Assembly: GCA_049325335.1 (NCBI GenBank)
Contig: JBMOMC010000001.1
Coordinates: forward strand, 288,001 to 352,000
Direction of reading: 5' to 3'
Source of the DNA: Nitrospirota bacterium
GTDB taxonomy: Bacteria > Nitrospirota > Nitrospiria > 2-01-FULL-66-17
DNA length: 64,000 nucleotides
The translations under genes were made by a program, and so were the position numbers. Position 1 is the stretch's first letter; the number at the start of each line of letters is the position of its first letter. Below, piece after piece: positions 53,184-62,542 of this stretch. The notes below the pieces were generated by a model. That model was not told the DNA's origin. It made no database searches and was given only the letters and a program-made list of their open reading frames with translations.

Positions 53184-54381
53184 GCGACCCGACGCGCCCG
53201 GCCCGGACGCGCCGACCGGTCCCGCGACTGCCAACCGCGTGGACGCCGCCGAGCGTTTCCTGCGCGCGCTCGCCAAGGTGCTGCACGATCGCACCCTCTA
53301 CCCTGCGCACCACCCCCAATCACTCGTGGGAATGCGCGCGTTGGGCGATGTCATCCCCGAACTGTTTCGGGAACGCAACGCGCGGATGCTCGTGGTCATC
53401 GACGATCAGATTTTCGCGGACGATCGGTTGCTCGGCGCGAGGGGCGCCGGCATCGCGGACCTGGCCGCCTCGTTCCGGGAACGAGGGGTGGAGGTCCTTT
53501 CGCTCAAGAGCGGGCTCACCGCCGACGAACTCAAGCCGCTGGTGGATCTGTTGGCCGCGCCGCGCGCCAAAGACGCCGACAAACCCCGCTTCCGTTCGCC
53601 TCACGTGGTGCTGGGCGATGTCGCGATCGACGATGACGCGGCCGCCGTGCCCGAGGCGGTCCGGGACCTCGGATTCGCGATCAACTCGTCGAAGCAGCAG
53701 CCGGGGCTCGATGACGCGGCCAAGATTTTACGCGACACCTATCTGGACTGGACCACGATTCAAGACGCGCTGGTCAACCAGGTGGAACGCATCATGGCGA
53801 ATCTCCAACGCAGCTTGTTCGCGAACATTCGCTCGTTGATTCCGCTCGCGGAATTAAAGGCCTACGACGAATACACCCATGTGCACGCCATCAACCTGTC
53901 GATTCTCACCATGGCGCAAGCTGAATCACTCGGCTACTCCAAGGAGGCCATCCACGCGTTCGGCATGGGCGCGCTGCTGCACGACGTGGGAAAAACCCAA
54001 GTGTCGGTGGACGTGCTCCACAAGGCCGGGAAACTCACCCCCGAAGAACAAGAGGAGATGAAGACCCACCCGGTGCACGGCGCGGCCCAACTGCTCCGCC
54101 ACCCCGAGATCCCCAAGGTCGCGGTGATCGTGGCCTACGAACACCACCTCAAATACGATCGCTCCGGGTACCCCAAGTTGACCCGCGATCGACCGCAACA
54201 CGTGGCCAGCCGGCTCGCCGCGGTCGCGGACCACTACGACGCCATGCGCAGCAACCGTCCGTATCGCGATGCCATGGAACCCGCGCAGATTTTCGAGATC
54301 ATGGGAAAAAACAAGGGCACGGAACTGGACCCGACCCTGGTGGATCATTTCTTCGCCATGATGAAGTCCCGCGCCGCGTAG
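53158..54381 (+). CDS. HD-GYP-domain protein
   Basis: YTHVH, LLHDVGK, EHH...SGYP and DAMRSNRPYR; GAGGAGG RBS. Confidence 0.9.
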   Translation: MSDTKTPPERPDAPGPDAPTGPATANRVDAAERFLRALAKVLHDRTLYPAHHPQSLVGMRALGDVIPELFRERNARMLVVIDDQIFADDRLLGARGAGIADLAASFRERGVEVLSLKSGLTADELKPLVDLLAAPRAKDADKPRFRSPHVVLGDVAIDDDAAAVPEAVRDLGFAINSSKQQPGLDDAAKILRDTYLDWTTIQDALVNQVERIMANLQRSLFANIRSLIPLAELKAYDEYTHVHAINLSILTMAQAESLGYSKEAIHAFGMGALLHDVGKTQVSVDVLHKAGKLTPEEQEEMKTHPVHGAAQLLRHPEIPKVAVIVAYEHHLKYDRSGYPKLTRDRPQHVASRLAAVADHYDAMRSNRPYRDAMEPAQIFEIMGKNKGTELDPTLVDHFFAMMKSRAA

Positions 54382-54468
54382 CGCCCCCATAGAACGGCGC
54401 ACGACGCAACCGCGCGAAGGGTTCAGGGTCCGGCCGGTCGCACGCCGAACAGTTCAGACAGCCCCGCG

Positions 54469-55218
54469 TTACCGCAGCAATCCCTTGAGCGTATCCATCG
54501 TGGCCCCCGCGTTGCCCTTCAACGACTCAACCGCTCCGCCCAGGCTCTGCTTGGCGACCTCGCGGGTCACGTTCCTGGTCAACGCGCCCACGATCTGCTT
54601 GACCACGTCGCCCGCGGTCGCGCCGCCGGAGCGTTTGCCGATGTCGCGCAGGTGCACGTCGGGAATCGGCACCGCCACGGTGGAGGTCCGAACGACCGAC
54701 GTGCCGACCGTGGCTTTGGCGCCGCGGATGGATAGATCCTCGATCACGAACTTTGTGCCGTTGTCCGGTCCGGTTGTTTGCTTCGGTCCGCCGGCGCGTC
54801 CGCCCACGTAGCGGTCCACGTTGTGCTGAATCGCATCGAGGTTGCTGCCGCCGGGACCGAGTTCGTAGGTGACCTCCGGCTGTTCGATCGCGATCCGTTT
54901 GATAAGGATCACGTCGTGGCCGAGGGAGTCCAGGGCGAGCGTCAAACTGACTTCGCCCACGGAGAACGCCTGGTCGGTCTTAAATCCCTCGGGATTACCC
55001 ACCACGAGGCCGTGCAGCGTGGCACGGCCCTCCCGAACCGCGATCGTCACGCCCTCCAAGTCAACCGACACGCCGGTAATCCGCGGCCCCATGGTGCGGA
55101 TCGCCGACGCCACAATCGCATCGAGCGAGTGCGCGAGCCACCACATCCCCCCGGCGCCCGCAACAACCGCTGTGATCACCGCACCGATCAATACTTTCTT
55201 GGTTCGCGTGGTCACCAC
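54469..55218 (-). CDS. AsmA/DUF748-like membrane-anchored protein
   Basis: N-terminal TM, 'GNPEGF', 'GGSNLDAI' and 'PDVHLRDIG'. Confidence 0.65.
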   Translation of the reverse strand: MVTTRTKKVLIGAVITAVVAGAGGMWWLAHSLDAIVASAIRTMGPRITGVSVDLEGVTIAVREGRATLHGLVVGNPEGFKTDQAFSVGEVSLTLALDSLGHDVILIKRIAIEQPEVTYELGPGGSNLDAIQHNVDRYVGGRAGGPKQTTGPDNGTKFVIEDLSIRGAKATVGTSVVRTSTVAVPIPDVHLRDIGKRSGGATAGDVVKQIVGALTRNVTREVAKQSLGGAVESLKGNAGATMDTLKGLLR

Positions 55219-55324
55219 TCTCTCCAGGTTGGCCGCAGGTCGGACCTACGGTACCCAATCGAGGTCAAGCGCGCAAGCCGCGTGCGGGCTGATGCCGCAA
55301 CCGGTGAATGGCCGGCCCGTGGAC

Positions 55325-55642
55325 TTACGCGCGGGCGTACCCGTACAGCCAGCGCGTAATCCCGGCATGAACGTTCGTCACCGAGTGCATGGCGCGCCCG
55401 GGGATGAACAGTTCATCTCCCGGCTCCAGCTCCAGGGTCCGACCGCCCACGCTCACGCGCAAACGTCCCTCGATCACCGTGACCAGCTCGTCGGTCTCGT
55501 GCACGAAGTCGTTCCACTCGCGGCCCGGCGGGTCGCGGAACTCGTCGCACGAGTAGCCGCGGCGGGCCCAATCTTGGGCCACCTCGGCCCGGGCTACAAG
55601 GACGGCGAATTTATGCGTGGTGAGGAGAGGAGGATCACCCAT
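55325..55642 (-). CDS. Small cupin-domain protein
   Basis: 'FVHETDELVTVIEG' and 'PGDELFIPGRAMHSV'; start uncertain. Confidence 0.8.
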   Translation of the reverse strand: MGDPPLLTTHKFAVLVARAEVAQDWARRGYSCDEFRDPPGREWNDFVHETDELVTVIEGRLRVSVGGRTLELEPGDELFIPGRAMHSVTNVHAGITRWLYGYARA

Positions 55643-55819
55643 GTCGATCAAGCCCTGGCGCGGATGAACTGCGGCTGGCGAGGCATCGGTAATGCGTGTG
55701 GTTCGGTCAACTCTAAATCTTTAAACTACGCCCCAACAACGCCCACACGAGATCACAACGCCCCGGTCACACATGCTTAAATCTGTCGGTGGAGGATTCT
55801 ACGGCGCGACGCAGCACGT

Positions 55820-57724
55820 TTAGATCTTCGTGCTTGCGACAATACGCGCACGCGCCTCGGCTTCCTCGACCTCTCGCTGCAATCGGCGGCGCTCTTCCGC
55901 CTCTTTTTTCGCCGCGACGTTCTTGACTTCCGCCTGTAGCCCGCGCGTGGCCATGTCGCTAAACTTTTTAAACTCAACAACAGCATGCTGGGCAAGGCGC
56001 TCCTGCACAGAAATTGTCGCGGTATTCCCCTGAAACTTGAATAGATGGGGATCAAGCCCCACGGTGGAACTATACGTTCCCCGTGGCTTCTGAAAGTAGT
56101 CGACCCACATGTATTCCGGCTCGCGATCGAGTTGAAGGATGAGCGCCCCACTCCTCCAATCGAGCCCTAGTACGTTCACCGGCGCAATTACGTCTGGCGA
56201 GTGGGCGGGGACCACCTCCCCGCGCTTCGCATCGAGCTCTTGGCGCGCTACGAATTCGGATCGACGCCCGATGAGTTGCTTTTTGATCTCATCAAGTGAG
56301 GCCAGTCGATTCTCTGGTGCATGTTGGCGCATGTGCTCAACTAAACCGTCCAGGTAGGCATACGCTGAAGCCACGGATGCGATTGTCGGGAAACCTGTTC
56401 CCTGCGGCACGGTCCGTGTATACATTTCGTTGAGTATGAGACCAAGCGCGAAGATGTCGGCGCGATGGTCGACCGTCTGCCCTCTGCTCCGTTGCTCGGG
56501 GGCGGCGTAGAAAAAGTTCGCCAGTCGCTCGTTGTCACGGGTTTCGACCGCTGTATATAGTTCTTCCTCTTCGAAGTGGGCGATTCCGAAATCCGCCACA
56601 ATAAGGGTGTCGCGCGGCGCGTCATAGAGAATGTTCTCGGGCTTCAAGTCGCGGTGGTAAACCCCTTTCAGATTCGCTGCTTCCACCCCAGCCATGACCT
56701 GAGAGAACAGGGGCAACACCCGGTCGTGTGCAATCCCGGCTTCCATTAGCGAACGCAGGGTGGTTGGTTGGAGCGGCTTATCCTGATGCGACGCGACATA
56801 CAACGGCATAACATAGAAGGGGACGTTGATCCGGTCCCACTTCGCCACACCTGAATCTACGACTTTGATGACGTTTGCGTGGTTGAACTTCGCGCAGAAT
56901 GCGACCTCATTCTTGAACCGCTTCCGGCGCAGGGTCGTAACCCGATCGGGGAACAGACACTTGAGAGCGAACGGTTGGCCTCCCGAATCCTTCACCGCGA
57001 ATACCCGCCCAGTCCCTCCCTCTCCGACGACAGCGGTGACCGAATACGTGTCGAACGCGGTTTCGAACTCGGTCGGAGATCCGGTCCGGTTTGACGTTGC
57101 AACAAGCTGAGGGGGTTCCTGACCTACAGCGGATGCCGCAGTCACGAAGGACCCCGTGGCCGTCGAAAAAAACATATCCGTGTAACGCTGGTTGTCTCCC
57201 TTTAGCTTTTCGAGGATGGCCGGAACCTGCTGCTCAATACTCTGAAACTCAAGAAGTTCTCGCACTGAATCTGCGTCAAGGGTTACCTGGGAATAGCTGC
57301 CGTCCGCTACGCCGCCATGACCCGAACCCCAGAATCGGCCAGCGCTCCCGACAGTTCCGAGGAGCTCCTCGATGCGCCGGGGTTCGAGCCGAAGGCGTTC
57401 GGCAAGTTGATCGGCGCTGATTTTTCCGATATCGGGCTGTGAGATCACTAGGCTTTTCATCGCGAGGATTACCTGCTCCACATCCCGCAGTAGATCGGCT
57501 TCGGGATCGAGTACCAACAAACCCAAGACGCCAAGCTGGGCGCCATAGACGAAACCTCGACGGAGCCTATCGGGTTTAAACCCCTTCGGCAATTTATCGC
57601 GGAGTGCGACCCGGATGTGGTTATCACCAACCGGCTCCTTCGCTCGATAACGCCGGTAAAACTCCTCTAACCACAGACGTTCGTCTCCAGTCAAGAACTC
57701 GGTGATGGCTCTTGGAGGTTTCAT
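55820..57724 (-). CDS. Hanks-type Ser/Thr protein kinase with unknown N- and C-terminal domains
   Basis: GEGGTGRV, FALK, HRDLKPEN, DFG, APE and DIFALG; visibly more AT-rich than its neighbours. Confidence 0.92.
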   Translation of the reverse strand: MKPPRAITEFLTGDERLWLEEFYRRYRAKEPVGDNHIRVALRDKLPKGFKPDRLRRGFVYGAQLGVLGLLVLDPEADLLRDVEQVILAMKSLVISQPDIGKISADQLAERLRLEPRRIEELLGTVGSAGRFWGSGHGGVADGSYSQVTLDADSVRELLEFQSIEQQVPAILEKLKGDNQRYTDMFFSTATGSFVTAASAVGQEPPQLVATSNRTGSPTEFETAFDTYSVTAVVGEGGTGRVFAVKDSGGQPFALKCLFPDRVTTLRRKRFKNEVAFCAKFNHANVIKVVDSGVAKWDRINVPFYVMPLYVASHQDKPLQPTTLRSLMEAGIAHDRVLPLFSQVMAGVEAANLKGVYHRDLKPENILYDAPRDTLIVADFGIAHFEEEELYTAVETRDNERLANFFYAAPEQRSRGQTVDHRADIFALGLILNEMYTRTVPQGTGFPTIASVASAYAYLDGLVEHMRQHAPENRLASLDEIKKQLIGRRSEFVARQELDAKRGEVVPAHSPDVIAPVNVLGLDWRSGALILQLDREPEYMWVDYFQKPRGTYSSTVGLDPHLFKFQGNTATISVQERLAQHAVVEFKKFSDMATRGLQAEVKNVAAKKEAEERRRLQREVEEAEARARIVASTKI

Positions 57725-57816
57725 TGTCCGGCGGCGCCCCTTTTGGGGAGGACGGCTAAAGGGTTCATTCTGCTCTGACGCCTACACGGCCTATTACGTG
57801 ATCTGAGAAGACCCAA

Positions 57817-57888
57817 TGGCGGCGGAGGGATTCGAACCCCCGGCCGAGTGATTATGATTCACCTGCTCTACCACTGAGCTACGCCGCC
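57817..57888 (-). tRNA. tRNA-Met(CAT), elongator type; CCA not encoded
   Basis: GGCGGCG-TA-GCTC-AGTGGTA-GAGC-A-GGTGA-ATCATAA-TCACT-CGGCC-GGGGG-TTCGAAT-CCCTC-CGCCGCC-A; paired G1:C72, with G2:C71 and C3:G70. Confidence 0.93.
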
Positions 57889-57951
57889 GATGTGGTCTGC
57901 GAAGGGATGTTGCGAGGAGCGTGACCTTCTATCACGTTTGATCCGCGGGGG

Positions 57952-58818
57952 TCAAGGCGACCGCGCGCACCGCACGCCCGCGTCCGCAAAACTCATCTCC
58001 GGCTCGATTCTGAAGCGGTGCGCGCTACGGTAGAAATAATTGAGCGCGTAGTGGCCGGTGCCGCCCCAGCTCGATCCGCGCAGGACTTTGTGCTGTTGAC
58101 CGAAATCCTTACTCTCGTAGGTGCTCCCCGGATACGGCTGGTACCAGTCCGCGGTCCACTCCCACACGTTGCCCGCCATATCCTCCACGCCGTACGGGCT
58201 CTTGCCTTGTGGGAAACTGCCGACCGGCGCGAGGTCGTTTACCCCCGAACTCCCGGTGTTGGCTTTCTTGGCATCAAACTCGTTGCCCCACGGGTACTCG
58301 CGCGCATCCGTGCCGCGCGCGGCCTTTTCCCACTCGGCCTCGGTCGGCAACCGCTTGCCCGCCCACCCGCAGTACTGCTGCGCCTCGTACCAATTGATGT
58401 GCGTCACCGGATGGCGCTCCCGGCCCTTCGGGATCTCGCCGTTGGGCCACCCGCGCGGAGGCCTCGCTTTAGTCGCCTCAACGTACCTCTGGTACTGCGC
58501 GTTGGTGGTTTCGTACCGGTCGATATAGTAGGTCGGCAAGTCCACCGCATGTTGCGGGTGTTCGTCCAAATACAACGGTTTGGCCATGCCGAACTCCGAC
58601 CCCTTGCCCTCGGGGTCTTCCTTGTTGCTGCCCATCTGGAACGGGCCGGCCGGAATCTTGATCATGTCGCCGCCGGCGGGTCCTTTGGCGCAGGCGGTGA
58701 GCACGGCAAGGACCAAGACCGAGTGGGCGAGGGGGTGATGGGGGGAGGGGGTGAAAGGACGCAAAGATCGGATCTTTTTCGCCCATTCGCCCACTCTCCC
58801 CCTCGCCCCCTCGATCAT
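57952..58818 (-). CDS. FGE-sulfatase (SUMF1/NirV/PvdO-fold) lipoprotein lacking the CX4C motif
   Basis: Lipobox LTAC, RLPTEAEWEKAARG, DMAGNVWEW and GVRC. Confidence 0.88.
   Translation of the reverse strand: MIEGARGRVGEWAKKIRSLRPFTPSPHHPLAHSVLVLAVLTACAKGPAGGDMIKIPAGPFQMGSNKEDPEGKGSEFGMAKPLYLDEHPQHAVDLPTYYIDRYETTNAQYQRYVEATKARPPRGWPNGEIPKGRERHPVTHINWYEAQQYCGWAGKRLPTEAEWEKAARGTDAREYPWGNEFDAKKANTGSSGVNDLAPVGSFPQGKSPYGVEDMAGNVWEWTADWYQPYPGSTYESKDFGQQHKVLRGSSWGGTGHYALNYFYRSAHRFRIEPEMSFADAGVRCARSP
58721..58812. repeat. Inverted arrays of degenerate octamers (GAnKGGGn) around a central palindrome
   Basis: gagtgggc-gagggggt-gatggggg-gagggggt ... AAAGATC-G-GATCTTT ... ttcgccca-ttcgccca-ctctcccc-ctcgcccc. 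Confidence 0.7.
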
Positions 58819-58826
58819 TTCATCCC

Positions 58827-59768
58827 TCACTTCGCGCATCGGAACCCAAATCCGCTGTTTTTGGTTTCGCGTTTAAAAAACCCGCGATTAAACGTGGGCG
58901 CGGAGAGTCCGCAGCGGTAAAACGAGCAGTCCACGTACGACCCGCCCCGCACCACTTTGTATTGCGCGCCGAAATTGGGCGACGGGTGCGTGTTGCCGGG
59001 GTAGGCTTCGTACCAACTCTCGGTCCACTCCCACACGTTCCCGGCCACGTCGTAGAGACCATACGGACTCTTGCCCTTGGGGAAGCTGCCCACCGGCATC
59101 AGCCGTCCGATCCCGGCTTGCGGGGAATTCGATTTTTTGGCGTCGAACGTGTCCCCGTACGGGAACAGGCGGCCGTCGGTCCCCCGTGCGGCTTTCTCCC
59201 ACTCGGGTTCGGTGGGCAACCGCTTGCCGGCCCACGCGCAGTAGTCGTGCGCGTCGTACCACGTCACGTAGACCACCGGCAACCGCTCATCCCCCGGCGC
59301 AAACGCGCCGTTGCGCCAATGGTCCGGCGCCGGGCGGCCGGTGGCCGCGACGAATTTCGCGTACGCATCGTTGGTCACCTCATGGAGGTCGATCCAGTAC
59401 GGATGGTCGATCGCTTCGGTGTGCATGGGTCCTTCATCCGGGTGACGTTTGTCGTAGCCCATGATAAACGGACCCTCGGGAATCCGCGCCATGTCGTCAC
59501 GCACGGCCAGGGGCTTGTCCACGGACTTGTCCGCGCGCGGGCGCGCGTCGATGGGTGGCAACACGCGCGTATCCTCGCTGGCGCGCCGGCCGCCGTGGCA
59601 TCCGCCGCACGTCTGGGGATCGAACGCCAAAACATCCGCCGGGTGAGTCGGGACATGGCACGCCCGGCACGCTTCCTGTTCCCAGAACGGGTTCATGCCG
59701 TCATGCGGATCCGCCGACGCGCTCCCCGCGCTCAGCGCCAGCATCATCACCGCCCACGCCCACCGCAT
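58827..59768 (-). CDS. Exported diheme cytochrome c fused to an FGE-sulfatase domain
   Basis: Signal peptide, CRACH and CGGCH heme motifs, RLPTEPEWEKAARG, RGGSYVDCSFYRC and GFRC. Confidence 0.88.
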   Translation of the reverse strand: MRWAWAVMMLALSAGSASADPHDGMNPFWEQEACRACHVPTHPADVLAFDPQTCGGCHGGRRASEDTRVLPPIDARPRADKSVDKPLAVRDDMARIPEGPFIMGYDKRHPDEGPMHTEAIDHPYWIDLHEVTNDAYAKFVAATGRPAPDHWRNGAFAPGDERLPVVYVTWYDAHDYCAWAGKRLPTEPEWEKAARGTDGRLFPYGDTFDAKKSNSPQAGIGRLMPVGSFPKGKSPYGLYDVAGNVWEWTESWYEAYPGNTHPSPNFGAQYKVVRGGSYVDCSFYRCGLSAPTFNRGFFKRETKNSGFGFRCAK

Positions 59769-59845
59769 GCGGGGCAGAATACCGAGGCGCGGCCGCAAGG
59801 TCAAGACGACTTGCGGCGGTTGGCCGCGCTCGCTACAATCCGCGC

Positions 59846-60688
59846 GTGTCCGACACCTCGCTCCCGATCGCGCCCGCCCCGCCCGTCACCGACTGGAACG
59901 CGTTGGCCGCAACGTTCGACCGGTGGGTTCCCCACCTCCAACCCTTGGGCGATCACTTGATCAACCTCCTGGAGATGGAAGCGGGGTTGCGCGTGCTCGA
60001 CGTGGCGTGCGGAACCGGCGAGCCGTCGTTGAGTATTGCGCGGCGCTTCGGACCGAGCGTCACCGTCACCGGCGTGGACAATGCCGAAGCCATGATCGCG
60101 CGCGCGCGGGCCAAAGCCGCTTCGGAAGCATTACCGAGCGCCACGTACCGCGTGATGCCCGCGGAACGCCTCGACGTGCCGGATGCCGCGTTCGACCGTG
60201 TGGTGTGCCGGTTCGGCCTAATGTTGTTCGACGATCCCGTGGCCGGCGCGCGGGAAATGTGGCGCGCGTTGGCCCCCGGCGGCCGGGTGGCGATCGCGGT
60301 GTGGGGTCCCCTGCCCTTACTCGCGTCGGTCCACACGCTCTGGCGCCTGCTCCCGGACTACCTCCCCCCGGAACACGTCCCGCCCACGCCCAAGATGACC
60401 TCGCTGGGCGCGCCTGGCGCGTTGCAGCACGTGTTGGCCGCGGCCGGGTGGGCCGAGCCCCGCGTGCGGCCGTATCGCGTGATCTATCGGTTCGCCACGC
60501 CCCGCGAGTATTGGGACCTGGCCGTGGAGTCGGGCGTGTTCAAGGATCTCCTCGCCAAACTGTCCTGCCACGCGCAGGTGGCGTTCAAGGCCCGGGCATT
60601 GGCCGATATCGCCGCGTTCACCCGCGGCGACGCCGTTGAACTGCCGAACGACGCCCTGGTGGCGGTCGCGGACAAGCCCGCAAATTGA
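59846..60688 (+). CDS. Class I SAM-dependent methyltransferase (UbiE-like)
   Basis: VLDVACGTG, FDRVVCRFG and LAPGGR; GTG start 6 nt after TACAAT. Confidence 0.88.
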   Translation: MSDTSLPIAPAPPVTDWNALAATFDRWVPHLQPLGDHLINLLEMEAGLRVLDVACGTGEPSLSIARRFGPSVTVTGVDNAEAMIARARAKAASEALPSATYRVMPAERLDVPDAAFDRVVCRFGLMLFDDPVAGAREMWRALAPGGRVAIAVWGPLPLLASVHTLWRLLPDYLPPEHVPPTPKMTSLGAPGALQHVLAAAGWAEPRVRPYRVIYRFATPREYWDLAVESGVFKDLLAKLSCHAQVAFKARALADIAAFTRGDAVELPNDALVAVADKPAN

Positions 60689-60711
60689 CTGGCCAAAACA
60701 GCCCGTGGTAG

Positions 60712-62007
<1,296 letters not shown>

Positions 62008-62027
62008 TCTCATCGGAGGAACACAGC

Positions 62028-62444
62028 GTGTTCAAATGGCTCAGGGACTGGATGGCGGCCTTTCAAAACGAACCCGGCGAGACGCAGGCCTCGACCGCGT
62101 TCGGCGCCACGCGGCGCACGCTCAAAGAGCCGGCAAAAAAATTGGTCAAATCCGACCGCACACCCGAACAAGCCCAAACGCAGAAGGCCCAAGCCCTGAC
62201 CAAACTCGACGAGGCGAAAGCCTTGGGCTTACTGGACTCCTGGACGATCGAGGACGACGTCCCGATGCTCTATGTGGGCCCCGCCTGGAACAACGCCGAC
62301 CCGAAAGCCAAGAAGGCCTTTCTCCAACAGGCCAACTCCTACTTCTTGGACGGCCAAGAAGGCTTCATCGCCTTCGACATCTTCGACGGCCGCACCAAGA
62401 AGAAAATCGCGCGCTGGGGCAATTTCGAGCCGTACGTGGACTGA
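62028..62444 (+). CDS. Hypothetical protein
   Basis: GGAGG RBS before GTG 62028; host-like codon usage. Confidence 0.65.
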   Translation: MFKWLRDWMAAFQNEPGETQASTAFGATRRTLKEPAKKLVKSDRTPEQAQTQKAQALTKLDEAKALGLLDSWTIEDDVPMLYVGPAWNNADPKAKKAFLQQANSYFLDGQEGFIAFDIFDGRTKKKIARWGNFEPYVD

Positions 62445-62542
62445 CGGTTCGATCACCCCCAGTCATGGCCGGACGGGAACCGATACGACCCGCAACTCGT
62501 CTGGACGCGTACAACCGAGGACGCCTCTCGAACCGGTGAGTA

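Noticed and set aside
57817..57888. Initiator tRNA-fMet or tRNA-Ile2 identity
   Set aside because: The 1:72 pair is matched and there are no three consecutive G:C pairs in the anticodon stem (not initiator); the acceptor stem has G4:C69 and Met-type determinants
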